Of a stretch of DNA of 64,000 nt, positions 21,069-30,704 are shown one piece after another. Below the pieces are notes generated by a model. It had not been told where the DNA came from, ran no database searches, and was given only the letters and a program-made list of their open reading frames with translations. This DNA is from Gammaproteobacteria bacterium (GTDB lineage Bacteria > Pseudomonadota > Gammaproteobacteria > JACCXJ01): NCBI GenBank assembly GCA_050740695.1, contig JBOIDR010000008.1, positions 4-64,003 on the forward strand. Direction: 5' to 3'. The position numbers were made by a program, and so were the translations under genes. Position 1 is the first letter of the stretch, and the number at the start of each line of letters is the position of its first letter.

Positions 21069-22592
21069 TTGACTCTTAACCCCCTTCCCCGCCGCCCCTC
21101 GCTCTTCTGCGCGGGCTGCCTGGTGATGGCCCTGCTCCTCGCCCAGCCCGCCGCGGCACAGGACCTACCGGATTTCGGCGATTCCGCGGGCGGGATCATC
21201 TCGCCCGAGCAGGAGCGGCGTCTCGGCGAAGACCTGCTGCGCCACCTGCGCAGTCACGCCCACCTCATCGAAGACCCCGAGATCGAGGCCTATGTTGGAT
21301 CGATGGGCACGCGCCTCGTGACCCAGAGCGATTACCGCGCACGGCGCCCGTTCACCTTCTTCCTCGTCGATGACCCGGCCATCAATGCCTTCGCGGCCCC
21401 CGGTGGGTTCATCGGCATCCACAGCGGTCTAATCCTGCACACACAGGCCGAGGCCGAGCTGGCCGGGGTACTGGCGCACGAGATCGCGCACGTCACCCAG
21501 CGCCACATGGCGCGCAGCTTCGAGCGTGCCTCCCAGCTCAGCATCCCGGTGGCGGCGGCCATGCTGGGCGCGCTCTTGCTCGGCACGCAGAACCCCGAGG
21601 CCGGACAGGCCGCGCTGGCGGCGATCTCCGCCGGCAGCGTCCAAAATCGGATCGACTTCACGCGCGCCAACGAGGAAGAGGCGGACCGAGTGGGGATGCA
21701 GACCCTGGTCCGCAGCGGCTTCGACCCCATGGGCATTCCGGCCTTCTTCGAGCGCCTGCAGCGTGCAAACCGCTTGAGTGAAAATGCGGAGCTGCCGGAG
21801 TTCCTGCGCACCCATCCGGTGACGGTGTCGCGCATCTCCGACGCCCGCAGCCGTGCCGATCAGCTCCCGCGCGGGAGCTACCAGGACAGCATGGGGTTTT
21901 ATCTCATGCGCGCCAAGCTTCAGGTATCGGCCATGCAACGACCTCTGGCCGCCGTCGAGTATTTCGCGACCCGCATCAAGGGCACGAGCGGCGGCGCGGG
22001 ACAGGCGGCCCGCTATGGCTATGCCCTGGCGCTCACCAAGGCCGCCCAGCACGACAAGGCCCGCTCCGAGATCCAGGCGCTGTTGCGGGCCGATGGCGAG
22101 CAGCCGGCCTATCTCCTGGCCGCGGCGCGCCTCGATCTCGCCGCTGGCCGCACCCCGGCGGGCCTTACGGTCTATCGCAACCTGTTGGGCCTTTATCCCG
22201 GTTACCGGCCGGCCGTCCTCGGCTACGTCGAGGCCCTGATGGCGGCCGGCAAACCCCGCGATGCGCTCAAGGTGCTGGGCGATTATGCCCGGGATCACGA
22301 ACGCGATCTCACCTATTACCGCCTGCTGGCGGAGGCCGAAGGCAAGGCCGGCGCGGTGGTCGAGGCCCAGATCGCCATGGCCGAGCAGCGTTTCCTCTCG
22401 GGGGAGACGGAGCTGGCCTGCGAACAACTGCGCTTCGCCCAGCGTTCCCGAACCACCGACCATTACCAGCGCGAGCGCATCGCGGCGCGGCTCAAGGAAC
22501 TGGCGCGACAGCTCGCCCGCGAACGCGAGGAAAGAGACGAAAGCGACTGGATCGTGCGGCGGGGGCCGTGCACGGTCGAACCCAGTTCCTGA
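21069..22592 (+). CDS. bepA: M48-family metalloprotease with TPR C-terminal domain (BepA/YfgC-like)
   Basis: HEIAHVTQRH zinc motif and C-terminal TPR-like helices. The TTG at 21069 gives a plausible signal peptide (MTLNPLPRRPSLFCAGCLVMALLLAQPAAAQ). The ATG at 20964 would add about 35 non-homologous residues. Confidence 0.8.
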   Translation: MTLNPLPRRPSLFCAGCLVMALLLAQPAAAQDLPDFGDSAGGIISPEQERRLGEDLLRHLRSHAHLIEDPEIEAYVGSMGTRLVTQSDYRARRPFTFFLVDDPAINAFAAPGGFIGIHSGLILHTQAEAELAGVLAHEIAHVTQRHMARSFERASQLSIPVAAAMLGALLLGTQNPEAGQAALAAISAGSVQNRIDFTRANEEEADRVGMQTLVRSGFDPMGIPAFFERLQRANRLSENAELPEFLRTHPVTVSRISDARSRADQLPRGSYQDSMGFYLMRAKLQVSAMQRPLAAVEYFATRIKGTSGGAGQAARYGYALALTKAAQHDKARSEIQALLRADGEQPAYLLAAARLDLAAGRTPAGLTVYRNLLGLYPGYRPAVLGYVEALMAAGKPRDALKVLGDYARDHERDLTYYRLLAEAEGKAGAVVEAQIAMAEQRFLSGETELACEQLRFAQRSRTTDHYQRERIAARLKELARQLAREREERDESDWIVRRGPCTVEPSS

Positions 22593-22661
22593 AGCACCCG
22601 CCTTCGCAATGCCCGCGCGGAGCACGTAACATACCGCGCTTTGAGCAAGGTGGGGGGGTGC

Positions 22662-25307
22662 ATGAGTCCGGTCCTGAGGGCCCTGAGGGGGGTATTCGTG
22701 TCCGCGGTGATACGGCTCGTCGAGACCTCGGCGCGCACCGCGCCGCTCCTCCTCCCCGCCATGCTGCTGCTCACCGGCGGTCTCCTCTACTACACCAAGA
22801 CCCATCTCGCCCTGAACTCGAACACCGCCGAGATGCTGGACCCGAACCTCGCGTTCCGCCGGATGGAGCGCGAGCTGGAGCGGGCCTTTCCGCAGCTCGC
22901 CGACAACATCGTGGTGGTGGTCGAGGCCGAAACCCCGGCCGAGGCCGACGATGTGGCAGATGCCCTGGCCGAACGTATCCGGCTGAACCGGGAGGTGGTC
23001 GAGTCCGTCTATCGGCCGGGCGGCGGTCCATTCTTCGCGCAGCATGGGCTCCTGTACCTGGATCGCGACGCGCTGTGGGACCTGGACGAGCGCTTCGCCG
23101 AAGCGGAACCCTTCCTGGGCACGATGGCCGAGGACCCGAGCCTCTCCGGCCTCTTCACCATGCTGGGCCGGGCCTTCGGCGAGGACCTGAGCCGCGACAC
23201 GCGGGCGATCCTCCAGAAGGTCCTGGACCGGATCAGCCAGGCCATCCAGTCGCCGCCGGAGGCCGCACGGCCGGTGTCCTGGCGCGAGGCCTGGCTGTCC
23301 GAATCTCGGCCTGCCGGCGTCCCCAGACAGAGCTTCATTCTGGCTCGGCCGCGCCTCGATTTCACCAGCCTCGAGCCCGCCGGTAGGGCCCTCGACTACC
23401 TGCACACCCTCGCGGCCGATCCCGAGGTCAAGCGTCACCGGGCGCGTGTCCGGCTCACCGGCTCGGTGGCCATGCAGAGCGAGGAACTGGCCAATGTCTC
23501 CGAGGACGCCGGGCTCACCACCGGGCTCTCGTTCGGGCTCGTGTGCCTGACCTTGTTCCTCGCCCTGCGCTCGCCGCGCATGGTCGTGTGCATCCTGGTG
23601 ACCCTGGTCGTCGGCCTGGTCTGGACCGCCGCCGCGGCGTGCTTCGTGATCGGGCCGCTCAACCTCATCTCCGTCAACTTCGCCGTGCTCTTCATCGGGA
23701 TGGGAGTAGATTTCATGATCCAGTTCGCGATGCGTTATCGCGAGGAGTTCGACCGCGAGGACGAGACCGCGGTCCAGGCCCTGACGGATGCCAGCGCCGG
23801 CGTCGGTGGGGCCCTGGCGGTCGCCGCCGTCGCGGCCGCGGTGAGCTTCATTGCCTTCGCGCCGACGAGCTACCGCGGCCTCGCCGAGCTCGGGATCATC
23901 GCCGCCATGGGCATGGGGATCGCACTGTTCTCGTCGCTCACCCTGCTGCCGGCGCTCATCGCGGTGTTCCCTTTGCGCGCGGTGTACAAAGGGCACCGCC
24001 CGAACCCGCTGGCCTGGCTCGGCAGGCCGCTGGTCGTGCATCGGCGCGCCGTGCTCCTGGGGATCCTGGCGCTCGCGCTCGGGGCCTTGAGCCTCGCCCG
24101 CAAGGTGGAGTTCGACTTCGATCCCCTGAACCTCCGCGACCCGACCACCGAGGCGGTCGCGACCTTCAAGGACCTCTTGCGCGACCCCGATACCAGCCCC
24201 TACACCATCCAGGTGCTGGAACGGGACCTGGAGGCGGCGCAGGCGCTCGCCACGCGCCTCGAGGCGCTGCCCGCGGTCGACAAGGCCGTGACCTTGGCGA
24301 GCTATGTCCCCGGGGACCAGGAGCAGAAGCTCGAGATCATCGCGGACATGAACCTCGTCCTGGCGCCGCTCGTCATCGATAGTGGTCCGCACGAGCCGCC
24401 CGCGCCGGGAAAGACGATAGCGGTGCTCGAGTCCTTTCAGTCCCAGCTCGCGGAGCTCCAGACCAAGACCGAGGATGCGGCCTTTGCCGCGAGCCTGGGC
24501 CGGTTGGGCGAAGCGCTCTCGGGGCTGCGTGCCAGCGCGGACTGGGACCGCGACCGGCTTCGGGCGATCGAGCCCCTGGTGATCGGGGACTTCCCCATGG
24601 TGTTGAGCCGGCTTCGCCGGCTCCTGTCGGCGGGCCCGGTCACACTGGAGGACCTGCCCGCCGAGCTTCGCGAACGCTACCTCGCCGCGGATGGGCGGGC
24701 GCGCGTCGAGGTCTTTCCGAAGGCCGATCTCAGCGATCGTCAGGCGCTGCGGGACTTCGTCGCGGCCGCGCGCTCCGTAGCCCCCCACGCCACCGGCTCA
24801 CCGGTGGCGCTCCTCGAAGGCGGGAATGCGGTGATCGAGGCCTGTCTCATCGCCACCGGCCTGGGCCTTATCGCGACCGGGGTCCTGATGCTCCTGGTCC
24901 TGCGCAGCCTGTCGTTCGCCTTCATGGCCTTCGTGCCCCTGGTCCTCGCCCTCATCCTGACCGTGGGCAGCTCGGTGGCCTTCTCGCTGCCCTTCAATCT
25001 CGCCAACATCATCGCCCTTCCCCTCCTCATCGGGCTCGCCAACGCCTACGGGATCTATCTCGTCATGCGCAAACGCACCGGCGGCGACGTCGTGCAACTG
25101 TTCCGCGGCAGCACCCCCGTGGCGGTCCTGTTCAGCGCGCTCACCGCCATCGTGTCCTTCGGCACGCTCGCGATCGCGCGCCACCCGGGCATGGCGTACA
25201 TGGGGATCTTGATCACCCTGTCCTTGAGCTACGCGGTCGTGTCCTCGATCGTGCTCCTGCCGGCCTTGATGGCGGTATCGGATCAAAGGCGCGGTGGGGC
25301 CGGGTGA
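22662..25307 (+). CDS. MMPL/RND-superfamily transporter, HpnN-like
   Basis: About 880 aa with two blocks of 6 TM helices, each preceded by a large periplasmic loop. The N-terminus (LLYYTKTHLALNSNTAEMLDPNLAF) resembles hopanoid-associated RND transporters. Confidence 0.8.
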   Translation: MSPVLRALRGVFVSAVIRLVETSARTAPLLLPAMLLLTGGLLYYTKTHLALNSNTAEMLDPNLAFRRMERELERAFPQLADNIVVVVEAETPAEADDVADALAERIRLNREVVESVYRPGGGPFFAQHGLLYLDRDALWDLDERFAEAEPFLGTMAEDPSLSGLFTMLGRAFGEDLSRDTRAILQKVLDRISQAIQSPPEAARPVSWREAWLSESRPAGVPRQSFILARPRLDFTSLEPAGRALDYLHTLAADPEVKRHRARVRLTGSVAMQSEELANVSEDAGLTTGLSFGLVCLTLFLALRSPRMVVCILVTLVVGLVWTAAAACFVIGPLNLISVNFAVLFIGMGVDFMIQFAMRYREEFDREDETAVQALTDASAGVGGALAVAAVAAAVSFIAFAPTSYRGLAELGIIAAMGMGIALFSSLTLLPALIAVFPLRAVYKGHRPNPLAWLGRPLVVHRRAVLLGILALALGALSLARKVEFDFDPLNLRDPTTEAVATFKDLLRDPDTSPYTIQVLERDLEAAQALATRLEALPAVDKAVTLASYVPGDQEQKLEIIADMNLVLAPLVIDSGPHEPPAPGKTIAVLESFQSQLAELQTKTEDAAFAASLGRLGEALSGLRASADWDRDRLRAIEPLVIGDFPMVLSRLRRLLSAGPVTLEDLPAELRERYLAADGRARVEVFPKADLSDRQALRDFVAAARSVAPHATGSPVALLEGGNAVIEACLIATGLGLIATGVLMLLVLRSLSFAFMAFVPLVLALILTVGSSVAFSLPFNLANIIALPLLIGLANAYGIYLVMRKRTGGDVVQLFRGSTPVAVLFSALTAIVSFGTLAIARHPGMAYMGILITLSLSYAVVSSIVLLPALMAVSDQRRGGAG

Positions 25308-25347
25308 GGAACCGGTACCGGAAAATCCCTACCCCCGCCAGCATTGC

Positions 25348-25835
25348 ATGCAAGCAAGGGATCCACACGCATCGATGCCTGCGGCCTGTCTGGCGTTGGG
25401 TTCCTCCCCTGGTGTGGCGGAGGAGGGCGACGGGCGGGACGAGGACACGCACAGTCCCGCCGGCGCGATCGAGCTGCCGGTGATCGAGGTGATCGCGACC
25501 ACACCCTTGCCGGCGCTCGGCACGCCGCTCGATAAAGTCCCGGCCAACGTACAGTCGCTGACCGCCGAAGACGTGGAGGAACAGAATCCCCTCGATCTCT
25601 CGGAGATGTTGTTCGACAACATCGGCAGCGTGAACATCAACGCCGCTCAGAACAACCCCTTCCAGAACGATCTGGAATACCGCGGGTTCCTGGCCTCGCC
25701 GCTGGTCGGCAGCGCCATCGGCCTATCCCTGTATATGGATGGCGTGCGCATCAACGAAGGATTCGGTGACACGGTGAACTGGGACCTGATCCCGCAGTCG
25801 GCCATCTCCAGCGTGGACCTCATCCCGGGTACGAT
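25348..25835 (+). pseudogene. TonB-dependent receptor, N-terminal plug fragment only
   Basis: IELPVIEVIATTP...DKVPANVQSLTAEDVEEQNPLDLSEMLFDNIGSVNIN...FQNDLEYRGFLASP...LSLYMDGVRINEGFGDTVNWDLIP is the TonB box plus plug. Homology stops at IPGT and the frame ends 36 codons later. No beta-barrel part. Confidence 0.75.
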
Positions 25836-25940
25836 GATCGAGGTCGTGGAGGCTTTCCCGGTGCCGGCTCGCCATTGGATTCAGCTACGCCTTCGCCGCC
25901 CCAAAAAAAGACCGGCGACTCCCTTCCGTCGGCCGCACGT

Positions 25941-26855
25941 ATGAGTCATGGGCACCGACTTCTGTGCGCTTGCTTCGTCGCGGTCATTGCCTCGACCGCA
26001 GTCCTCGGTGCACAACGTCTCGGACCGCGGGACGTAGACCGATTGCCGGCAGGACTTGCGGACGCGCGAGTGCGCTACGCCGCGAGCGACCCATTGCAGG
26101 TCGGCGAGCTCCGTCTACCGAGCGGTGCGGGACCGTTCCCGGTCGCTATCGTGATCCATGGCGGCTGTTGGGTGGCGAGGTTCGCGACCTTGCAGAACAC
26201 GGCGGCTCTCGCCGACGCCCTTCGTGAGGCCGGCGTGGCGACCTGGAACATCGAGTACCGGCGATTGGACGATCCGGGTGGCGGGTGGCCCGGCACCTTC
26301 ACGGATGTCGCTGCGGCGGCCGATCACGTGCCGACCCTCGCGAAGCAGTACCCATTCGATCTCTCGCGTGTTGTGGTCGTGGGGCACTCCGCTGGCGCCC
26401 ACCTCGCTCTCTGGCTGGCCGCCAGGCTGCGCCTGCCACCCGGCAGTCCGCTGTATCGGGACACGCCGCTCCGGGTCCGCGGGGTGATCGCGTTGGCTGG
26501 ACCCGGCGATCTGCGTAACTTCACGACCTACGCACGCGACATCTGCGGCGCACCCGTCGTTGAGCGATTGCTGGGCGGGACCCCGCAGGCCGTGCCGGAA
26601 CGATACGCCCAGGCATCGCCGATGGAGCTCCTGCCGCTCGGCACGCGGCAAGTCCTGATCGTCGGCGCAGAAGACGGCGTGATGCCCGCCCGAGCGCGCG
26701 ATGCGTACATCGCCGCCGCGATCCAGGCGGGAGACTCGGCCGAGTCCGTTGTGGTACCCGGAGCGGGGCACTTCGAGGTCATTGCACCGTCGTCGCCCGC
26801 ATGGCCCATCGTCCGAGAAACGATCCTGGACCTACTGGACAGTCGTAGCAGATAG
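25941..26855 (+). CDS. alpha/beta hydrolase (esterase/lipase-like)
   Basis: Start at ATG 25941 (MSHGHRLLCACFVAVIASTAVLGAQ signal-like). HGGCW oxyanion motif and GHSAGAH nucleophile elbow. Confidence 0.8.
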   Translation: MSHGHRLLCACFVAVIASTAVLGAQRLGPRDVDRLPAGLADARVRYAASDPLQVGELRLPSGAGPFPVAIVIHGGCWVARFATLQNTAALADALREAGVATWNIEYRRLDDPGGGWPGTFTDVAAAADHVPTLAKQYPFDLSRVVVVGHSAGAHLALWLAARLRLPPGSPLYRDTPLRVRGVIALAGPGDLRNFTTYARDICGAPVVERLLGGTPQAVPERYAQASPMELLPLGTRQVLIVGAEDGVMPARARDAYIAAAIQAGDSAESVVVPGAGHFEVIAPSSPAWPIVRETILDLLDSRSR

Positions 26856-27102
26856 GTCGCAGTTTGACGAACCGTTCAAGCGGATGGCCAGGAAGCTGCG
26901 ATTATAGTCGAGGGCGAGCGCGGTGAAGGCCGCGCCGATCGGGGTGCTGACCGCGGCCACGCCGACGCGCGAGAGCCACATTCCGTTCACACGGGTGTAG
27001 ACCGCCGGTACGCGAGGCGGGCTCGCAAACCGGGCCGTCATCGGCGCTCGCGTGTCCCGAGAGCGGAGTGAGCACTTCCCTTTCCCGGGGCGCTTTGATC
27101 GT

Positions 27103-27900
27103 TCAGCCCAGCTTGCGCCTGGCGTCCTTCACCATCGCGATCAGGGCCGCGCGCGCTTCCTCCGGCGTGCTCACCGGCGTAGGGAACGCCAGGCGGACGG
27201 GTCGTGGTCCCTCGCTGGTCTTCACCGACATGTCGAATCCGTACCGGTCGACGCCCGTCATGGTCGCGGAGGTGATCTCCGTCGCCTTCGAAAACGCCTT
27301 GCAGTAGAGCACCATCGCGTCGGCGTGATCGGCGTTCATATGCGCAATTGTGCTGGCGGCGGACGGACCGAGGGGATCCGGTTCGGCAGTCTGCCATTCG
27401 GACTTGCTGATCCACGACATCCGGCCGTAGCCCCCGATGTAGCGGACCGAATCCACGTGCAGCGTCCAGAACGCGAAATCGCGGAAGTCGGCGTAGTACC
27501 GGGAATTCGGATGCGCGGCAAAGAAGGCGGCGCGGGCCGTGCCCCCCTCCCCCTCGACGCGCGTGCACGGACCGATCATCGTCACACGAGAGTTGGCGAG
27601 CGGATCTGCAGAGCCGCTCTCGGCGACCAGCAGGGATGCGCGAGGATCCCGCTCCAGGTTCTTGGTGTGCTCGGCGAGTCCGCTGATGAGCAAGACTGGG
27701 TTTCCACTCTCAAAGGCGACCGTCACGAACGAGCCATAGGGGTAACCTTCCGGCTCAATGGCGAGGGTGCACAGGGTCCCGGTCGAGATCTGCGCAACCA
27801 ATGTGCGCGCGCGCTCCGCGTGCGTGGGTGTCTGAATATTTACGTCGTACAGCGGCTCCGGCGCGTCGCCTGACGGTCGGGCGTGTGCATCTGCGCTCAT
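27103..27900 (-). CDS. HugZ-family / pyridoxamine-5-phosphate-oxidase-like plus DUF2470 protein
   Basis: GTLCTLAIEPEGYPYGSFV...LLISGLAEHTKNL...RASLLV split-barrel region followed by IAHMNADHADAM (DUF2470 signature). Confidence 0.8.
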   Translation of the reverse strand: MSADAHARPSGDAPEPLYDVNIQTPTHAERARTLVAQISTGTLCTLAIEPEGYPYGSFVTVAFESGNPVLLISGLAEHTKNLERDPRASLLVAESGSADPLANSRVTMIGPCTRVEGEGGTARAAFFAAHPNSRYYADFRDFAFWTLHVDSVRYIGGYGRMSWISKSEWQTAEPDPLGPSAASTIAHMNADHADAMVLYCKAFSKATEITSATMTGVDRYGFDMSVKTSEGPRPVRLAFPTPVSTPEEARAALIAMVKDARRKLG

Positions 27901-28145
27901 GGTTCTCCCTGACGGGCGGCGATCACTTGCCCCGCGGCATTATATTCCCCGGCGCCCTCGATGTGATGCAGGCGGCATCAGGGGGTCTGTTCTGACCACG
28001 GCGGCGAGCGGGTGGGAGCACTGTATAGGAAATTCGAAGGCCCTTTTTCATCGACAAGAAAAATACAGCTGGACCTGTGAGCTGTCAATCACGGGGGTCT
28101 TCGGTCCAGGATCGGGGACTTTTCTGGCCCGTCGTCGGTCCGCGC

Positions 28146-28722
28146 AACACGAGCGGAGGACGAAAGACTGGGTGGTCTACCCCAAGCCGCCTTCGGCGGT
28201 CCCGAGCAGGTCCTCGCCTACCTCGGGCGCTATACCCGTCGGATCGCTATCAGTAACGAGCGCCTCCTCGCTTGCGAAAACGGCGAGGTCCGTTTCCGTT
28301 GGCGGGACTACGCTCATGGCAACAAAGTGAAGGTGATGCGCCTCCCGGTCGAGGAGTTTATCCGACGGTTTCTGCTCCACATGCTTCCCAAGGGCTTCAT
28401 GCGGATCCGGCACTATGGCCTCCTCGCCAATCGCCATCGTGCCGAGCATCTGGACGCCTGTCGGGCCGCCCTCGATGCGCCTACTCCGGCGCCTGCCGAA
28501 CCCGAAACCGTCGCGGCCTTCCTCTCTCGCGTGCTCGGGACCGACGCAAACCGCTGCCCGCACTGCGCTCAAGGAAGCCTGTGCCCCGTCAAACGCCTTC
28601 CGCCTCTCCTTCGGGCCACCGGCCCTCCGTTCTTGCGATGGCCGATTGACCCGTCCCCGCTTCAGGACCATACTCTCCCACGAGCCCAACTCCGGGATCG
28701 ACATGGGGAAACCCAGTCATGA
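28146..28722 (+). mobile_element. IS91-family (rolling-circle, HUH Y2) transposase gene, 3-prime fragment with one frameshift
   Basis: DWVVYPKP, then after a frame slip near 28190, FGGPEQVLAYLGRYTRRIAISNERLLACENGEVRFRWRDYAHGNKVKVMRLPVEEFIRRFLLHMLPKGFMRIRHYGLLANR. This is the conserved C-terminal half of IS91/ISCR transposases. The N-terminal catalytic half is absent. Confidence 0.75.
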
Positions 28723-28740
28723 TCGACGCCACGAGCCTAC

Positions 28741-28860
28741 CGGAACCGCCTCGCACCCCCACCCGGCGCCTTACAATCCCCAAGGCGCATAGCCTTCGAT
28801 CCAGCGGTTCAGTTCAACCGAACTTATCCGCCATGCTGCCGCACGGCGGATAAGATACTA
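28741..28860. repeat. IS91 3-prime flank sequence with terminal hairpin; copy A of a repeat also found at 39866-39975
   Basis: Lies directly downstream of the transposase stop. Hairpin cttatccgcc-N12-ggcggataag at 28828-28859. By manual alignment, its reverse complement matches 39866-39975 at roughly four positions in five. Confidence 0.6.
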
Positions 28861-28887
28861 TCCGTTAGAGCTCTTCCGGGACACACC

Positions 28888-29562
28888 ATGGCGACATATC
28901 ACGTCGCTCTGTCGTTTGCCGGCGAAGATCGTACGTATGTAGAGCAGGTCGCAACTCTGTTGCGGGCTGTGGGGATCGACGTTTTCTATGACCTATTCGA
29001 AGAGGCGGATCTCTGGGGAAAGAACCTCTACACGCACTTATCGGACGTGTATCAGAACAAGGCGCTCTTCACCGTGATGTTTGTGTCCGAAGCGTATCGC
29101 ACAAAGCTGTGGATGAATCGCGAACGTGAGAGCGCGCAACCTCGAGCCTTTGCAGACAGCAGCGAATACATACTTCCTGCGTTTTTCGACGACTAAACAA
29201 CCACCGGCTAAAAGCCGGTGGGTTTGAGTTACGGACTGAAAGTCCGGATACGCATCGACTGAACGACGCGTCTACGGCTCCACCTCTCCCTTCAGGATTT
29301 GGTAGCGATACTTCGTTACCCAGACAAAGTGGCATTCAATCTTGACTACCGTATGGCTGCCGTCCATCGGATCCCCTTCTTCAATCAGACTATGCTACCA
29401 TGCCCGCTCATGGCTGCAGATGAAATCTGCCCGCCTGAAAGGCGGGGGTTTGAACCCTTCATATTGAAATCAATCGAAGTGCCCGGTCTGCTGAAGACGA
29501 CGGGATACGTATCACTGAAGACCAAGACACCTGAGCAACTGGCGGCTCTAAAACTCTGCTGA
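28888..29562 (+). pseudogene. TIR-domain protein gene interrupted by a 276-bp insertion
   Basis: The N-part is MATYHVALSFAGEDRTYV...VFYDLFEEADLWGKNL...VSEAYRTKLWMNRERESA...YILPAFFDD-stop. The C-part, in the same frame, is SIEVPGLLKTTGYVSLKTKTPEQLAALKLC-stop. Joined, they form a complete bacterial TIR domain. Confidence 0.8.
29193..29468 (-). mobile_element. miniature IS200/IS605-family derivative (tnpA truncated after 31 codons)
   Basis: Minus strand 29367-29272 encodes MDGSHTVVKIECHFVWVTKYRYQILKGEVEP-stop, the N-terminus of a Y1 TnpA. Subterminal hairpins: ccaccggc-taaaa-gccggtgg, acggac-tgaaa-gtccg, ccgcc-tgaaa-ggcgg. On the element strand it is preceded by TTGAT. Boundaries are approximate. 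Confidence 0.7.
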
Positions 29563-29605
29563 CGAATTCCGCGCACACGAGCTAAAGAGTCGTTGTCTTT
29601 CGAAA

Positions 29606-29998
29606 TTGCTGGCTCTGCAAACCGTTAAGAAATACGCGGCATCCGTCGCATTTATCCGCCGTGCGCTCGAACCGTATAGAACAAGCGTGTTGTTTCTGCC
29701 GGGTGCCGAGCCTGAAACAGTTTCGGTTGAACTCTCCATTCGCAAGTCTGACCCGCCAACCCTGCGGGCACTGAAAGTGTACGACAGAGATCTGCTCACT
29801 ACAGACTCCAATGGGCAGGATCTAGACCCTCGCCTCTGGCGACTGTCGTTTCAGAGCTTCACCGTTAAGGAGTTGCGTCAGCAGCTTTCCGATGAATGGG
29901 GTGTTCCAATGGAGCAACTCCAGATCAAGTGCGTGCTCACCCTCGAGCCAAGAGTCAAGCTACGCCTTCCCGAGGGAGGAGCGTCCTTAGGCCGGTGA
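29606..29998 (+). CDS. hypothetical protein downstream of the TIR gene (TTG start, uncertain)
   Basis: 130-aa ORF in the lower-GC segment. The frame is open from 29552 but the first canonical start is TTG at 29606. No family recognised. The C-terminus reads FTVKELRQQLSDEWGVPMEQLQIKCVLTLEPRVKLRLPEGG+5 aa. Confidence 0.4.
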   Translation: MLALQTVKKYAASVAFIRRALEPYRTSVLFLPGAEPETVSVELSIRKSDPPTLRALKVYDRDLLTTDSNGQDLDPRLWRLSFQSFTVKELRQQLSDEWGVPMEQLQIKCVLTLEPRVKLRLPEGGASLGR

Positions 29999-30147
29999 GG
30001 CGATGAGCTACAAGCGCTCTAACATTCGGTTCGACCGGAGCGCCCAACAGCGTCGCGGCGCTCGCTGTTGGGTACCCTCGCTTCGCTCCTCGGCGCCCGG
30101 TCAACCGAGTCGTTAGCCGCCTGAGTGAGACTTATTGGAGATTTCGA

Positions 30148-30600
30148 ATGTTTGAGAAAACACTATTCGCGGGCTGGGGCGACATGGATTTCAACGCACA
30201 CATGGGAAATACCGCCTTCCTCGACAAGTCCGGCGACGTCAGAATGATGTTCTTTGCTGAACACGGATTCCCGATGGAGGAGTTTGTTCGTCGCAAACTT
30301 GGCCCGGTTATTATGAAAGATGAACTGGAATACTTCAAAGAGATTCGGTTGTTAGAGCCAATGCGAGTCACCCTGGCCATAGCGGGGCTTTCTGAGGATG
30401 GCAGTCGGTTCCTCGTAAGAAACGAACTCTGGCGAGAAGATGGAAAGTTGGCTGCCCGAGTCACTAGTGGCGGTGGTTGGCTCGACTTATCAGCCAGAAA
30501 GGTGGTCGTTCCGCCAGAGGCGCTGCTAGCAGCTTTGCGGTCCCTTCCACAAACGGATGATTTCCAGGTTCTTTCGTCGAGCATCAAGTCGGGTGGCTGA
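30148..30600 (+). CDS. hotdog-fold thioesterase family protein
   Basis: 150 aa. WGDMDFNAHMGNTAFLDKSGDVRMMFF...VIMKDELEYFKEI pattern of 4HBT/YbgC-like acyl-CoA thioesterases. Confidence 0.7.
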   Translation: MFEKTLFAGWGDMDFNAHMGNTAFLDKSGDVRMMFFAEHGFPMEEFVRRKLGPVIMKDELEYFKEIRLLEPMRVTLAIAGLSEDGSRFLVRNELWREDGKLAARVTSGGGWLDLSARKVVVPPEALLAALRSLPQTDDFQVLSSSIKSGG

Positions 30601-30704
30601 CAGAGACATGGAGCTGACTGCCTACAGCTACGCTGCGCTCCAGCCGTCAGCAGCAGCTCAGCGTTGGGCATGACGGCAGCGCCGCGCCAGAGGAGGTAGT
30701 TGAA

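Noticed and set aside
21429-24788. 1119-aa ORF on the minus strand, the longest in the track
   Set aside because: It runs antisense to the BepA-like protease and the MMPL transporter, both of which carry clear motifs on the plus strand. Its product is Arg/Gly/Glu/Pro-rich, low in complexity and without any motif. It is a stop-poor shadow frame typical of GC-rich DNA.
30030-30100. 10-bp inverted repeat cccaacagcg-N10-cgctgttggg upstream of the thioesterase gene
   Set aside because: It is a single small hairpin with no T-run and no second copy seen in the window. That is insufficient to call it a terminator, a REP or a regulatory site.
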